Shown in pieces: positions 19,652 through 29,121 of a stretch of 64,000 nucleotides of DNA. The position numbers and the translations under genes were made by a program. The stretch covers positions 1,312,001-1,376,000 of the forward strand of contig OZ220089.1 of assembly GCA_964291625.2 (NCBI GenBank), written 5' to 3'. This DNA comes from Candidatus Latescibacterota bacterium. GTDB taxonomy: Bacteria > Latescibacterota > UBA2968 > UBA8231. Under the pieces are notes generated by a model that worked only from the letters and a program-made list of their open reading frames with translations, was not told the DNA's origin and ran no database searches. Position 1 is the stretch's first letter; the number at the start of each line of letters is the position of its first letter.

Positions 19652-21063
19652 GGGTTCTCCTTGCCGGCCACCATCACCAGGCCGAAGAGGGTTCCGAAGA
19701 GGAGGGCGAAGCGGCCGTTCATCATCGAGCCGTCGCTGACGCCCAGGAGCCCCATGGCCGCCAGAGTGGCGACGCAGCCGGCGGCGAAGGCGCGGGTGGG
19801 GGGATCGGCGCCGCGGCACAGACGCAGGGCCCGCCGGCCCACGTGCAGGCACAGCCACGGGAACAGCAGCAGACCGGCGAGCCCCATCTTCAGCCACAAG
19901 GTCAGGTAGAGGCTGTCCACGGTCCACGCCCTCCAGGTCTCGAAGCGGCCGCTGTCGGGGTTGAAGGACCAGGCCGTCAAGGTGGCCCCCTGGCCGCCGC
20001 CGAGGAAGGGGTGCTCGAGGATCTCCTCCCAGGCGCTGGCGTAGCCGAGGAAGCGGCCCACCACCTGGACGTCGCGGGTCACGTCGAGGAAGGTGCGGGA
20101 GCGCTCCACGGCGTGGGCCGAGAGGGCGGCGCCGGTGAGGCGCTGGAAGGCGAGGGCGGTCAGGATCAGGGCGGCGACCACGGCCGCCGCCAGCAGGGCC
20201 GCCTTCCAGGCGCGGCGCCCGGCGGCCGGCTGGCCCCGGTGCCAGACCCACACGGTCACCAGCAGCCCGAGGCCGAAGGCGGCCCACATGCCGCGGCCGA
20301 GGGTGATGGCGAAGCCGAGGCCGATGAACAGGAACAGGGCGAGCAGCAGCGGCCGTCCCCAGCGGCGTGGATCGTGGACGAACCCGTTGGCCAGCAGGAG
20401 CATGGCCACGGGCAGCACGATCCCCTGGCGGCGGCTGACGCGCACGAAGCGCTCCCCCGCGGCGGGGTCGATGGCGCCCAGGAACTCCAGCAGGTACTCG
20501 GCGCTCACCACGACGCCGGCCAGCACCACCAGGGGCGCGAAGAGGCGGGCGCCGTCGCCGGGGCGCGCCGCGCACAGCACCAGGAAGAACACGCCGTAGT
20601 ACAGGGGATAGCGCAGGTTGCGCAGGACGGCCTCGTTCCCGTGCCAGAGGCCGACCGCCCCGGAGAGCAGGGCCAGCAGCAGGAAGGCGGCCACCAGGCC
20701 GTCGGCGCTGGTGCGCCGCAGCCGCCAGCGGTCGAAGGCGGCCAGGTCGATGAGGGCGAAGAGCGCGCCCGCCAGCAGGAGGATCTCCCAGGGCCGCAGG
20801 CCGAGGGGCAGGCGCGTGGCGTCCAGGAGGTGGACGGGCAGGGCCGCGGTGGCCACCAGCAGGACCGCCAGCGTCCGCCGCGGCGAGAACAGGACCAGGG
20901 CCGCCGCGACCAGGGCTCCGGCGGCGAGCACCACGTGCAGAGCCGTACCCAGCAGGAGCAGGGGCCCCGCCGTGGCCAGCACCGCCGCGGCCGCCGCGGC
21001 GGCGATCAGGCGGCCGTTGTCGGGGGCCACCCGCCAGGGGCCGGAAACCGCCGCCGCCGTCAT
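19639..21063 (-). CDS. O-antigen ligase / Wzy-like membrane protein
   Basis: Polytopic; TLGRGMW, HPFLGGGQG, DSLYLTLWLKMGLAG. Confidence 0.8.
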   Translation of the reverse strand: MTAAAVSGPWRVAPDNGRLIAAAAAAAVLATAGPLLLLGTALHVVLAAGALVAAALVLFSPRRTLAVLLVATAALPVHLLDATRLPLGLRPWEILLLAGALFALIDLAAFDRWRLRRTSADGLVAAFLLLALLSGAVGLWHGNEAVLRNLRYPLYYGVFFLVLCAARPGDGARLFAPLVVLAGVVVSAEYLLEFLGAIDPAAGERFVRVSRRQGIVLPVAMLLLANGFVHDPRRWGRPLLLALFLFIGLGFAITLGRGMWAAFGLGLLVTVWVWHRGQPAAGRRAWKAALLAAAVVAALILTALAFQRLTGAALSAHAVERSRTFLDVTRDVQVVGRFLGYASAWEEILEHPFLGGGQGATLTAWSFNPDSGRFETWRAWTVDSLYLTLWLKMGLAGLLLFPWLCLHVGRRALRLCRGADPPTRAFAAGCVATLAAMGLLGVSDGSMMNGRFALLFGTLFGLVMVAGKENPCSA

Positions 21064-21064
21064 C

Positions 21065-21763
21065 TCAGGCCCCGCCGCAGGGCGCCGGCTTGCGCGCCAC
21101 CAGCAGGTGGTTCCAGGCGTCGCTGTCGACGCGGTGGATGCCGTCGAGGACCAGGCACCCCAACTGCACCAGCGCCATCAGCGGCCGCGTGAGCGGGTAG
21201 AGGCGGAGCCTCTCGAGGCGCCGCAGGTAGTGGACGAAGCGGGCGCCCGCCGTGACCCAGTACCCGGCCAGGGCCTTCACCGCCACCACCCGCAGACCCG
21301 CCGCTTCGCCGAGGTGGCGCAGCCCGTAGGGCGTGAACCGGTAGTAGTCGCGGGGCTCCTCGTGGAGGCCCCAGATGTGGGGGGCCGTGAGCACCAGGGC
21401 GCCGCCGGGGCGCAGGACGCGGGCGATCTCGTCCAGCATACGCCACGGCCGCGGCACGTGCTCCAGCACCTGCAGGCAGAGGACGGTGTCGAAGCAGGCG
21501 TCGCGGAAGGGCAGGTCGAGGCCGCTGGCCCAGGCCTCGGGCAGCTGCCGGGGGCCGCCCCCGGCGGCCGGGCCGTAGCGCTCCCGGTCGGGGTCGACGC
21601 CCACGGAGCGCTCGCTGTGCCGGTGCAGCAGCTCGGCGAAGGGCCGGGCGCCGCAGCCGATGTCGAGGAGCCGGCCGCCGGCGTGGGCCTCGACGGCGGC
21701 GGTCACGTGGCGGGCGTGGATTCGGTGGACGAGCCAGTTGACGTGGAAGGGCGTGAGGGGCAC
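21065..21763 (-). CDS. Class I SAM-dependent methyltransferase
   Basis: LLDIGCG, FDTVLCLQVLEHV, RVLRPGG, HEEPRDYYRFT. Confidence 0.88.
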   Translation of the reverse strand: MPLTPFHVNWLVHRIHARHVTAAVEAHAGGRLLDIGCGARPFAELLHRHSERSVGVDPDRERYGPAAGGGPRQLPEAWASGLDLPFRDACFDTVLCLQVLEHVPRPWRMLDEIARVLRPGGALVLTAPHIWGLHEEPRDYYRFTPYGLRHLGEAAGLRVVAVKALAGYWVTAGARFVHYLRRLERLRLYPLTRPLMALVQLGCLVLDGIHRVDSDAWNHLLVARKPAPCGGA

Positions 21764-21777
21764 GACCGGCGCGGGCG

Positions 21778-22890
21778 CTACAGCCGGTCGCGCGCGGTGT
21801 GGGGATAGTAGTCGACCACGGCACCCTCGCCGTCGATGACGTAGCAACCGGGGAAGCGGATCGCCGTGGGGCAGACGTGGCCGGGCACGGCCAGCAGGTA
21901 GTCGCCGATCTCGGGCAGGGTGTCCTCGGGCAACTCGAAGACGGCGTGTTCCTCGTTCTGGAGGAGGAGGCGGGCGTCCTTGTGGCCCAGCAGCCAGGCG
22001 CGCCGCTCCAGGGCGGGATCGGCGGCGACCGCCTTGTTCCCCAGGTCGGTGGTGATCGTCAACTGGTCGGGATAGCGGTCGACGACCTGGCACAGCACCA
22101 GGGCGGCCCAGCGGAAGGGCTGGCCGGGCTTGCCCAGGACGCCGTTGATGTCCCAGTAGGTCACGGTCCCCGGCGATCCGTGGAAGCCCTCGGTGCGCGC
22201 GTAGTACTCGTAGGAGTAGGAGCCGCCCCCGACGACCCGCTCCACCGGCATGCCGGCGGCCTCCAGCTCTTCCTTGAGGGCCTGCAGCTCGCGGACGTGG
22301 GCCATGGCCGCGGCCTCCCGCCCGGAGGGGTCCTGGAAGTGCTCGTGGCCGTCGTAGACGTGCAGCCCCGCCGCCTCCAGCCACTCTTCGCCGTGGATGG
22401 CCGTGTAGAGGTCGCGGACCCCCTTCGGCGCCACCCCGGTGCGCCGCATGCCGGCGTCGACGTCGACCATGGCCCGCAGCTTGCGCTCGCGGGCCTGCCC
22501 GGCCTCGGCGAGGCGGCTCACGTGGATGGGGGCGCTCACCGTGGCGTAGACGCGCTGCTCCGGGTGATCGGCGGTGATCCCGGCGAAGCGCGCGGTCTTG
22601 ATCGACTGCACGAGGGGATACGCCAGGACCGCCTCGGGGGCCCCGGCGTCGAGGACCATCTCCAGCTCCCTGAGGGTGGCGCACTTGAAGCCGGCCACGC
22701 CGGCGGCCAGCTGCTTGCGGACGATCGCCTCCGCCTTGTGGGTCTTGACGTGCATCATCAGGTTGGCGGCGCCGCCGACCTGCTCGCAGAGGGCGGCCAG
22801 GTTGTGGTCGACGAGGTCCTCGAAGACGACCATGGCCGGCGTCTCCAGGCCGTCCGGATCGGCGATGCGGTAGGGCTCGTGCTCGATCAT
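21778..22890 (-). CDS. Fold-type III PLP enzyme, D-threonine aldolase/DSD1 family
   Basis: ETPA, HVKTHK, RRTGV, YDGH, NEEH, PGHVCPT. Confidence 0.9.
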   Translation of the reverse strand: MIEHEPYRIADPDGLETPAMVVFEDLVDHNLAALCEQVGGAANLMMHVKTHKAEAIVRKQLAAGVAGFKCATLRELEMVLDAGAPEAVLAYPLVQSIKTARFAGITADHPEQRVYATVSAPIHVSRLAEAGQARERKLRAMVDVDAGMRRTGVAPKGVRDLYTAIHGEEWLEAAGLHVYDGHEHFQDPSGREAAAMAHVRELQALKEELEAAGMPVERVVGGGSYSYEYYARTEGFHGSPGTVTYWDINGVLGKPGQPFRWAALVLCQVVDRYPDQLTITTDLGNKAVAADPALERRAWLLGHKDARLLLQNEEHAVFELPEDTLPEIGDYLLAVPGHVCPTAIRFPGCYVIDGEGAVVDYYPHTARDRL

Positions 22891-22987
22891 CCTCGGGCGC
22901 GGCTTCCTTCGGGGGCTGGGCGTATCTGGCGGAAACCTCTGAAGATAGAGGCGCCGTCCGGGAGCTTCAACGAAGGCGGAGCAACCC

Positions 22988-24073
22988 TCAGGCCGGGTGG
23001 CGGTCGCGCAGGAGAGCCGCGGCCTCGGCCTCGTTCTTCAGCTTGAGGTAGGGCTCCTCCAGGGGCATGTCGATGGCCAGGCCGGGGGCGAAGCCGCAGT
23101 CCGGGTTGAGGCTCAGGCGCCCGGCGTCGACGTGCTTCAGGGCTTCCTCCACCCGGCCGACGATCTGCCCGGTGGTGTCGATCTTCTCGAAGCGGCACTC
23201 GACGGCGCCGAGGCCGATGAGGCGGTCCTCGGGCAGCCGCCGCAGGACGGAGACGTCGCCGGCCACGGGGATGCTGAACTCCATCACGTACTGGTCGACG
23301 TCGATCCTGCGCATCGTCTCGACGATCGGGTCGTAGCCGCCCTCGGCGCCCCAGCCGCGGCGGCCGTAGTTGCGCCGGCACAGGTGCAGGGCGGTCTGCA
23401 CCTTGTCGAGGCCCGCGATCATGCCGTTGATCATGTCCGCCGCCAGGTCCATCTCGTAGCGGGCGTCCTCGAAGCTGTCGCGGTAGGACGGATCGACCAG
23501 CACGCACAGGTGGGGCTCGTCGACCTGCACCACCGTGACCCCCGTCTCCTGCAGGGCCAGCAGCTCCTGGCGCAGGATGACGGCCACCTCCTCGATGAAG
23601 CGGTCGCGGGTCGGATAGGCCCGGGAGGAGACCTCGCGCTCCCAGAGGCGGACGCCGAGCAGGTACGGCGACGGCACGCAGACCTTGGTCATGCGGTCGG
23701 TCGCTTCCACCAGGAAGCGGGCCTCCTGCGCGATCAGCCCCGGGTTGACGACCTCCATCGGCTCGGTGACCGAGATCCCCCAGCGGTGCGGCTCGGTGCG
23801 CGCGTCCTCGCTGAAGCCGGTGGCGATGTCGGCGATGACGTGAGTGTAGGCGTGGCGCCGCCACTCGCCGTCGCTGACCAGGTCGAGGCCGGCCTGCTCC
23901 TGCACGGCGATGGCGTAGCCCACGGCGGCGTTCATCCGCGGCGAGCGGGCGGCGGCGGCCGAGGCCGGCCCCGGCAGCTCGGGCAGCATCTCGCGCACCA
24001 TCATCGGCCGCGGCAGGCTGCCGACGACGCCGGCGGCGAAGCGGGTGCTCGTGAATCTCTCGGAAACGGCCAT
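22988..24073 (-). CDS. Cobalamin-independent methionine synthase II family protein
   Basis: VGSLPRP, VSDGEWRR, VQVDEP, LHLCRRN, LNPDCGF. Confidence 0.9.
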   Translation of the reverse strand: MAVSERFTSTRFAAGVVGSLPRPMMVREMLPELPGPASAAAARSPRMNAAVGYAIAVQEQAGLDLVSDGEWRRHAYTHVIADIATGFSEDARTEPHRWGISVTEPMEVVNPGLIAQEARFLVEATDRMTKVCVPSPYLLGVRLWEREVSSRAYPTRDRFIEEVAVILRQELLALQETGVTVVQVDEPHLCVLVDPSYRDSFEDARYEMDLAADMINGMIAGLDKVQTALHLCRRNYGRRGWGAEGGYDPIVETMRRIDVDQYVMEFSIPVAGDVSVLRRLPEDRLIGLGAVECRFEKIDTTGQIVGRVEEALKHVDAGRLSLNPDCGFAPGLAIDMPLEEPYLKLKNEAEAAALLRDRHPA

Positions 24074-24079
24074 GCAGAG

Positions 24080-24108
24080 AGAGTAGCGGGGATCGGGGGC
24101 TCTGTCTA
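24080..24108 (-). promoter_or_regulatory. Promoter for a probably leaderless mRNA
   Basis: TAGACA-17-TACTCT-6 nt-ATG. Confidence 0.45.
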
Positions 24109-24144
24109 CCATTGCCCGACCACCCGACACAGGAGACCCGACCG

Positions 24145-24981
24145 ATGCTCACGAAGGACCAGATCGACCACTATCACCGCCACGGCTTCGTCAAGGTGGA
24201 CGGCCTGTTCTCGCCGCGGGAGACCGACGAGCTGGCCGCCGACATGGTGCGCATCATCGAGGAGTGGGGGGAGGAGACGATCGGCTGGAGAGGCCCCTGG
24301 CGCGACCGCTACCTGGAGGAGGAGGAGCGCCTCAACACCAAGGCCGTCTTCCTGCACCGGCCCGACTTCTACTCGGCCGTGTGGTCCCGCGTCATCCACC
24401 ACGAGGGCCTCGTGGGCGGCGTCCGCGACCTCGTGGGCGACAGCGTGCAGTGGCACCACACGGTGCTCCACGCCAAGCCGCCCGAGCGGGGCACGCCCTT
24501 CCCCATGCACCAGGACTACCCCTTCTACCCCCACGACGGCCCGCACTTCGTCGACTGCCTCCTGCACCTCGACGACGCGCCCCTGGAGAGCGGCGCCCTG
24601 CACATCGTCCCCGGCAGCCACAAGGACGGGCCCCTGGAGCACGTCCTCGGCCCGGAGACGGCGCCCCATCTGCCCCCCGACGAGTACCACCCCGACCTGA
24701 TCGACACGGTGACGATCCCGGCGGCCCGGGGCGACGTCGTCTTCTTCAGCTATCTCGCCATCCACTGGTCCGACTGCAACCGCACCGACGAGTGGCGCAA
24801 GGCGGTCCGCTTCGGCTACCACAGCACCGCCATGCGCCCCGTGGGCCGCGCCGACGACGACCCGCACCGCATCGACCCCGAGAACATCCTGCCGCGCAAC
24901 GACAACATCGTCGTCTCCGGCTTCCGCCCGGGGGAGAAGGAGCGCGCCCCGGTCCCGGCCTCGGTACAGGCGCGGGCGTGA
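24145..24981 (+). CDS. Phytanoyl-CoA dioxygenase (PhyH) family protein
   Basis: AKPP, HQD, LHLDDA, GALHIVPGSH, IHWS..N; AGGAG RBS. Confidence 0.92.
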   Translation: MLTKDQIDHYHRHGFVKVDGLFSPRETDELAADMVRIIEEWGEETIGWRGPWRDRYLEEEERLNTKAVFLHRPDFYSAVWSRVIHHEGLVGGVRDLVGDSVQWHHTVLHAKPPERGTPFPMHQDYPFYPHDGPHFVDCLLHLDDAPLESGALHIVPGSHKDGPLEHVLGPETAPHLPPDEYHPDLIDTVTIPAARGDVVFFSYLAIHWSDCNRTDEWRKAVRFGYHSTAMRPVGRADDDPHRIDPENILPRNDNIVVSGFRPGEKERAPVPASVQARA

Positions 24982-27119
24982 GGGCCGCCCTCGCGCTGGG
25001 GTCCCTGGCCGTCCTCACCGCGGCGGCCCCGTCACAGGAAGAGGAGAAGGTGAAACCCGAGCCCATGACCGCCCCCGCGGCCGAGAAGCGCCCACACGAG
25101 CTGACCGCCCACGGCGACGTGCGCGTCGACGACTACTACTGGCTGCGGGAGCGAGACAACCCGGAGGTCACCGCCTACCTGGAGGCCGAGAACGACTATG
25201 CCGAGTCGGTGATGGCCCACACCGAGCCGCTGCAGGAACGGCTCTTCGAGGAGATCAAGGGCCGCATCAAGCAGACCGACTCCACGGCGCCCTCCCGGCG
25301 CGGCGAGTTCTTCTACTACACCCGCTACGAGGACGGGAAGGAGTACCCCATCCACTGCCGGCGCCGCGGCTCGATGGCGGCGGAAGAGGAGGTCCTCCTC
25401 GACGTCAACGACCTGGCCGAGGGCCACGAGTACTACGACGTCAGCTCCTGGGCGGTGAACCCGGGCCAGGACGTGCTCGCCTTCGCCGCCGACACCACGG
25501 GGCGCCGCATCTGCACGATCCACTTCAAGGACCTGTCCACGGGCCAGGTACGGGAGGAGAGCATCTCCTCGGCGACCCACAACCTCGCTTGGGCCGAGGA
25601 CGACCGCACCCTGTTCTACGTGCGCCAGCACCCGGAGACCCTGCGCTGGTACCGCCTCTACCGCCACGAGCTGGGCACCGACGCGGCGGAGGACGTCCTC
25701 GTCTACGAGGAGGAGGACGAGACCTTCGACGCCTACGTCTTCAAGACCCGCTCACGGGCCTGGATCGTCCTCGGCCTCTGGCAGACGGTGAGCAACGAGT
25801 ACCGCTTCGTCCCCGCCGGCGAGCCCACGGCCGAGTTCCGCCTGTTGGAGCCGAGGCAGCGGGACCACGAGTACACCATCGATCACGGCAACGGCTGGTT
25901 CTACCTGGTCACCAACGACGGGGCGCGCAACTTCCGCCTCATGCGCACCCCCGAGGACGCCACCGCCCGCGACCACTGGGAGGAGGTGATCCCCCACCGC
26001 GAGGACGTGCTCCTGGAGGACGTGGACGTCTTCGACCGCCACCTCGTCACCGCCGAGCGCAAGGACGGCCTGCGGCGGCTGCGGGTCCGCCGGCTGGACT
26101 CCGGCGCCGGGCACGAGATCGACTTCGGAGAGCCCGCCTATCTCGCCTACACCTACGGCAACTGGGAGTTCGACACCTCGACCCTGCGCTACCGCTACCA
26201 GTCCCTCACGACTCCCGACTCCGACTACGACTACGACATGGACACGCGGGAGCGGGTCCTGGTGAAGCGCGAGGAGGTCCTCGGCGGCGACTTCGACCCC
26301 GCCAACTACCGCACCGAGCGCCTCTGGGCGACCGCCCGCGACGGCGCCCGCGTGCCGATCTCCATCGTCTACCGCAAGGGCCTCGACCGCGACGGCAGCC
26401 ATCCCCTGCTGCTCTACGGCTACGGCTCCTACGGCTACACCATCGACGCCTCCTTCGCCTCCAACCGCCTGAGCCTCCTCGACCGCGGCTTCGTCTACGC
26501 CATCGCCCACGTCCGCGGCGGCCAGGCCCTCGGCCGCGCCTGGTACGACGACGGCAAGCTGCTGCGCAAGAAGAACACCTTCACCGACTTCATCGACTGC
26601 GCCGAGCACCTCGTCGAGCAGGGCTACACCCGCCCGGAGGGGCTCTACGCCCAGGGCGGCAGCGCCGGCGGCCTGCTGGTGGGCGCGGTGATGAACATGC
26701 GCCCCGACCTGTTCCACGGCATCGTCGCCCAGGTGCCGTGGGTCGACGTGGTGACCACCATGCTCGACGACAGCATCCCCCTGACCACGGGCGAGTACGA
26801 CGAGTGGGGGAACCCGAACGAGAGGCAGTACTACGACTACATGCTGTCGTACTCCCCCTACGACAACCTCGCCGCCGGCGCCTACCCCCACCTCCTCGTC
26901 CTCACCAGCGTCGAGGACGCCGCCGTCCAGTACTGGGAGCCGGCCAAGTGGGTCGCCCGCCAGCGCACCCTGCGCACCGGCGACTCGCGGCTGCTGCTCA
27001 AGACGGAGATGGTCGCCGGCCACGGCGGGCCGTCGGGACGCTACCGGGGGTACCGGGAGACGGCCCTGGTCTACGCGTTCCTGCTGGACCTGGCGGGGGC
27101 GGCAGAGGGGGAGGGATGA
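24978..27119 (+). CDS. ptrB: Oligopeptidase B (S9A)
   Basis: HGDVRVDDYYWLR, LYGYGSYG, GGSAGGLL, EWGNP, YWEPAKWVA, AGHGG. Confidence 0.93.
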   Translation: MRAALALGSLAVLTAAAPSQEEEKVKPEPMTAPAAEKRPHELTAHGDVRVDDYYWLRERDNPEVTAYLEAENDYAESVMAHTEPLQERLFEEIKGRIKQTDSTAPSRRGEFFYYTRYEDGKEYPIHCRRRGSMAAEEEVLLDVNDLAEGHEYYDVSSWAVNPGQDVLAFAADTTGRRICTIHFKDLSTGQVREESISSATHNLAWAEDDRTLFYVRQHPETLRWYRLYRHELGTDAAEDVLVYEEEDETFDAYVFKTRSRAWIVLGLWQTVSNEYRFVPAGEPTAEFRLLEPRQRDHEYTIDHGNGWFYLVTNDGARNFRLMRTPEDATARDHWEEVIPHREDVLLEDVDVFDRHLVTAERKDGLRRLRVRRLDSGAGHEIDFGEPAYLAYTYGNWEFDTSTLRYRYQSLTTPDSDYDYDMDTRERVLVKREEVLGGDFDPANYRTERLWATARDGARVPISIVYRKGLDRDGSHPLLLYGYGSYGYTIDASFASNRLSLLDRGFVYAIAHVRGGQALGRAWYDDGKLLRKKNTFTDFIDCAEHLVEQGYTRPEGLYAQGGSAGGLLVGAVMNMRPDLFHGIVAQVPWVDVVTTMLDDSIPLTTGEYDEWGNPNERQYYDYMLSYSPYDNLAAGAYPHLLVLTSVEDAAVQYWEPAKWVARQRTLRTGDSRLLLKTEMVAGHGGPSGRYRGYRETALVYAFLLDLAGAAEGEG

Positions 27120-27362
27120 GAGTCACGGTCACCCTCGATGCGGATGTCGAGCAGCGGCTCGGGGAGGAGACCCTGAACGATGCCTTGCGCCGGGGTCTGG
27201 GTTCGTGGCTCGGAGGCGGAGGCCCGCCCCTTCGTGGTCGAATCGCGTCCGCTCCGCCTGCGCACCGGACTCGATCCGGCCCGTCTGCGCGAGCTGGACG
27301 ACGATCCGGAGATCGCCGGGTTCCTCCGCAAGACGGCGCGGTTGCAGGAGCGCCGGGAGTGA
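27116..27362 (+). pseudogene. VapB/CopG-like antitoxin, internally shortened and frameshifted at ~27200
   Basis: MRVTVTLDADVEQRL..ETLNDALRRGL, then shifted frame PFVVESRPLRLRTGLDPARLRELDDD. Confidence 0.7.
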
Positions 27363-27459
27363 TCATTCCGGACGCCTTGGCCGTGCGGGATTTGCCTGCG
27401 GGGTAGAGGCCCTCGACCTCTACCTCCGGGTGGAGCTGGACGAGGAGGAAGCGCTTTGA
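27359..27459 (+). pseudogene. VapC start remnant (MIIPD) abutting a GNAT-toxin-like fragment
   Basis: GTGA overlap then MIIPD; another frame gives RAGFACGVEALDLYLR. Confidence 0.5.
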
Positions 27460-29114
27460 CGCACGACTCGCCGACCTACGAACCCGGGGAGCGGACCCGG
27501 TCCCGGGTCCAGGACGGGCCCACGCGTTTCTTCAACACGGCCGGTCCCATGATCCCGGCCGATCACTACCAGGTCCCCCCGTTGGAGCGGCTCGACCTCG
27601 ACGAGGTGCTGCTGCTGATCGAGCAGAAGCGCTACTTCGTGATGCACGCGCCCCGGCAGACGGGCAAGACCTCGGCCCTGCTGGCGCTGCTGGAGGAGTT
27701 GAACGGCAGCGGCCGCTATCGCTGCGTCTACGTGAACGTGGAGATTGGCCAGTCCGCCCGCGAGGACGTGGCGGAGGCGATGAGGGCGATCCTGAGCCAA
27801 CTGGCTTCCCAGGCCGAGCATGTCCTGGGCGACCGGAGCGTGAGAGAGATCTTGCGCCAGGCCCGCGAAGACGCCGGCCCCCACGGCGTCTTGCAGGAGG
27901 TCCTCGGACGCTGGGCCGCGGCCGACGCCAGGCCCCTGGTGTTGATGATCGACGAGATCGACGCGCTGATCGGCGACACCCTGCTGGCGGTGCTGCGGCA
28001 ACTGCGCGCCGGCTACCCGGAGCGCCCGCGCCGGTTCCCGCAGAGCGTCATCCTGTGCGGCGTGCGCGACGTGCGCGACTACCGCATCCACTCCAGCGCC
28101 GAGAACGCCGTCGTCGCCGGCGGCAGCGCCTTCAACATCCGCGCCGAGTCCCTGCGCCTCGGCGATTTCACCGAGGTCGAGGTGCGCGCGCTGCTGGCGC
28201 AGCACACCGGGGAGACCGGCCAGGTCTTCACCGAGGAGGCCCGGAGCAGGATCTGGGAACTGACCCGGGGCCAGCCCTGGCTGGTGAACGCGCTGGCGTA
28301 CGAAGCCTGCTTCCGGAACAAGGCGGGGCGGGACCGCGGCCGGACCATTACCGTCGAGGCGATCCTCCACGCCCGCGAGCAGCTCATCCTGCGCCGCGAG
28401 ACCCATCTCGATCAACTCACGGACAAGCTGCAGGAGGAGCGCGTCCGGCGCGTGGTCGAACCGCTGTTGAGCGGCAGCGAGTCCGTCGAGAAGATCCCCG
28501 TCGACGACCTGGACTACGTCCGCGACCTGGGCCTCGTGCGCCGGCAGGGCCCCGTCGCCATCGCCAACCCGATCTACCAGGAGGTCATCCCCCGCGACCT
28601 CACCTGCACCACGCAGGAGTTCCTCCACCAGGATCCCGCCTGGTACGTCGATGCGGACGGCGCCCTGCGCGTCGCCGACCTGCTGGCCGCCTTCCAGACC
28701 TTCTTCCGCGAGCACTCGGAGCACTGGGTCGAGCGCTTCCAGTACAAGGAGGCCGGTCCGCAGCTGCTCCTTCAGGCGTTCCTGCAGCGCGTCGTCAACA
28801 GCGGCGGCCGCATCGAGCGCGAGTACGGCCTGGGCCGGAGGCGCACGGACCTGCTGATTCTCTGGCCGCTACCTGGGCAGGCCCGGCCGGGTCAGGCGGT
28901 GCAGAGGGCCGTGGTCGAATGCAAGCTGCTGTACAAGAGCCTGGAGCAGACCGTGCGCGAGGGCCTCGAGCAGACCCGCGCGTACATGGACCGGTGCGCC
29001 GCCGACGAGGGGCATCTCGTCGTCTTCGACCGCACGGCCGGTGTGTCGTGGGAGGACAGGATCTTCCGCCGCGACGACGCGGGGGAACCCAGGATCACGG
29101 TGTGGGGGATGTAG
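27456..29114 (+). CDS. AAA-like ATPase with C-terminal PD-(D/E)XK-like domain
   Basis: RFFNTAGP, HAPRQTGKTS, LMIDEID, GQPWLVNAL, IEREYGLGRRRTDL..VVECK. Confidence 0.88.
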   Translation: MTHDSPTYEPGERTRSRVQDGPTRFFNTAGPMIPADHYQVPPLERLDLDEVLLLIEQKRYFVMHAPRQTGKTSALLALLEELNGSGRYRCVYVNVEIGQSAREDVAEAMRAILSQLASQAEHVLGDRSVREILRQAREDAGPHGVLQEVLGRWAAADARPLVLMIDEIDALIGDTLLAVLRQLRAGYPERPRRFPQSVILCGVRDVRDYRIHSSAENAVVAGGSAFNIRAESLRLGDFTEVEVRALLAQHTGETGQVFTEEARSRIWELTRGQPWLVNALAYEACFRNKAGRDRGRTITVEAILHAREQLILRRETHLDQLTDKLQEERVRRVVEPLLSGSESVEKIPVDDLDYVRDLGLVRRQGPVAIANPIYQEVIPRDLTCTTQEFLHQDPAWYVDADGALRVADLLAAFQTFFREHSEHWVERFQYKEAGPQLLLQAFLQRVVNSGGRIEREYGLGRRRTDLLILWPLPGQARPGQAVQRAVVECKLLYKSLEQTVREGLEQTRAYMDRCAADEGHLVVFDRTAGVSWEDRIFRRDDAGEPRITVWGM

Positions 29115-29121
29115 CCTCCCG

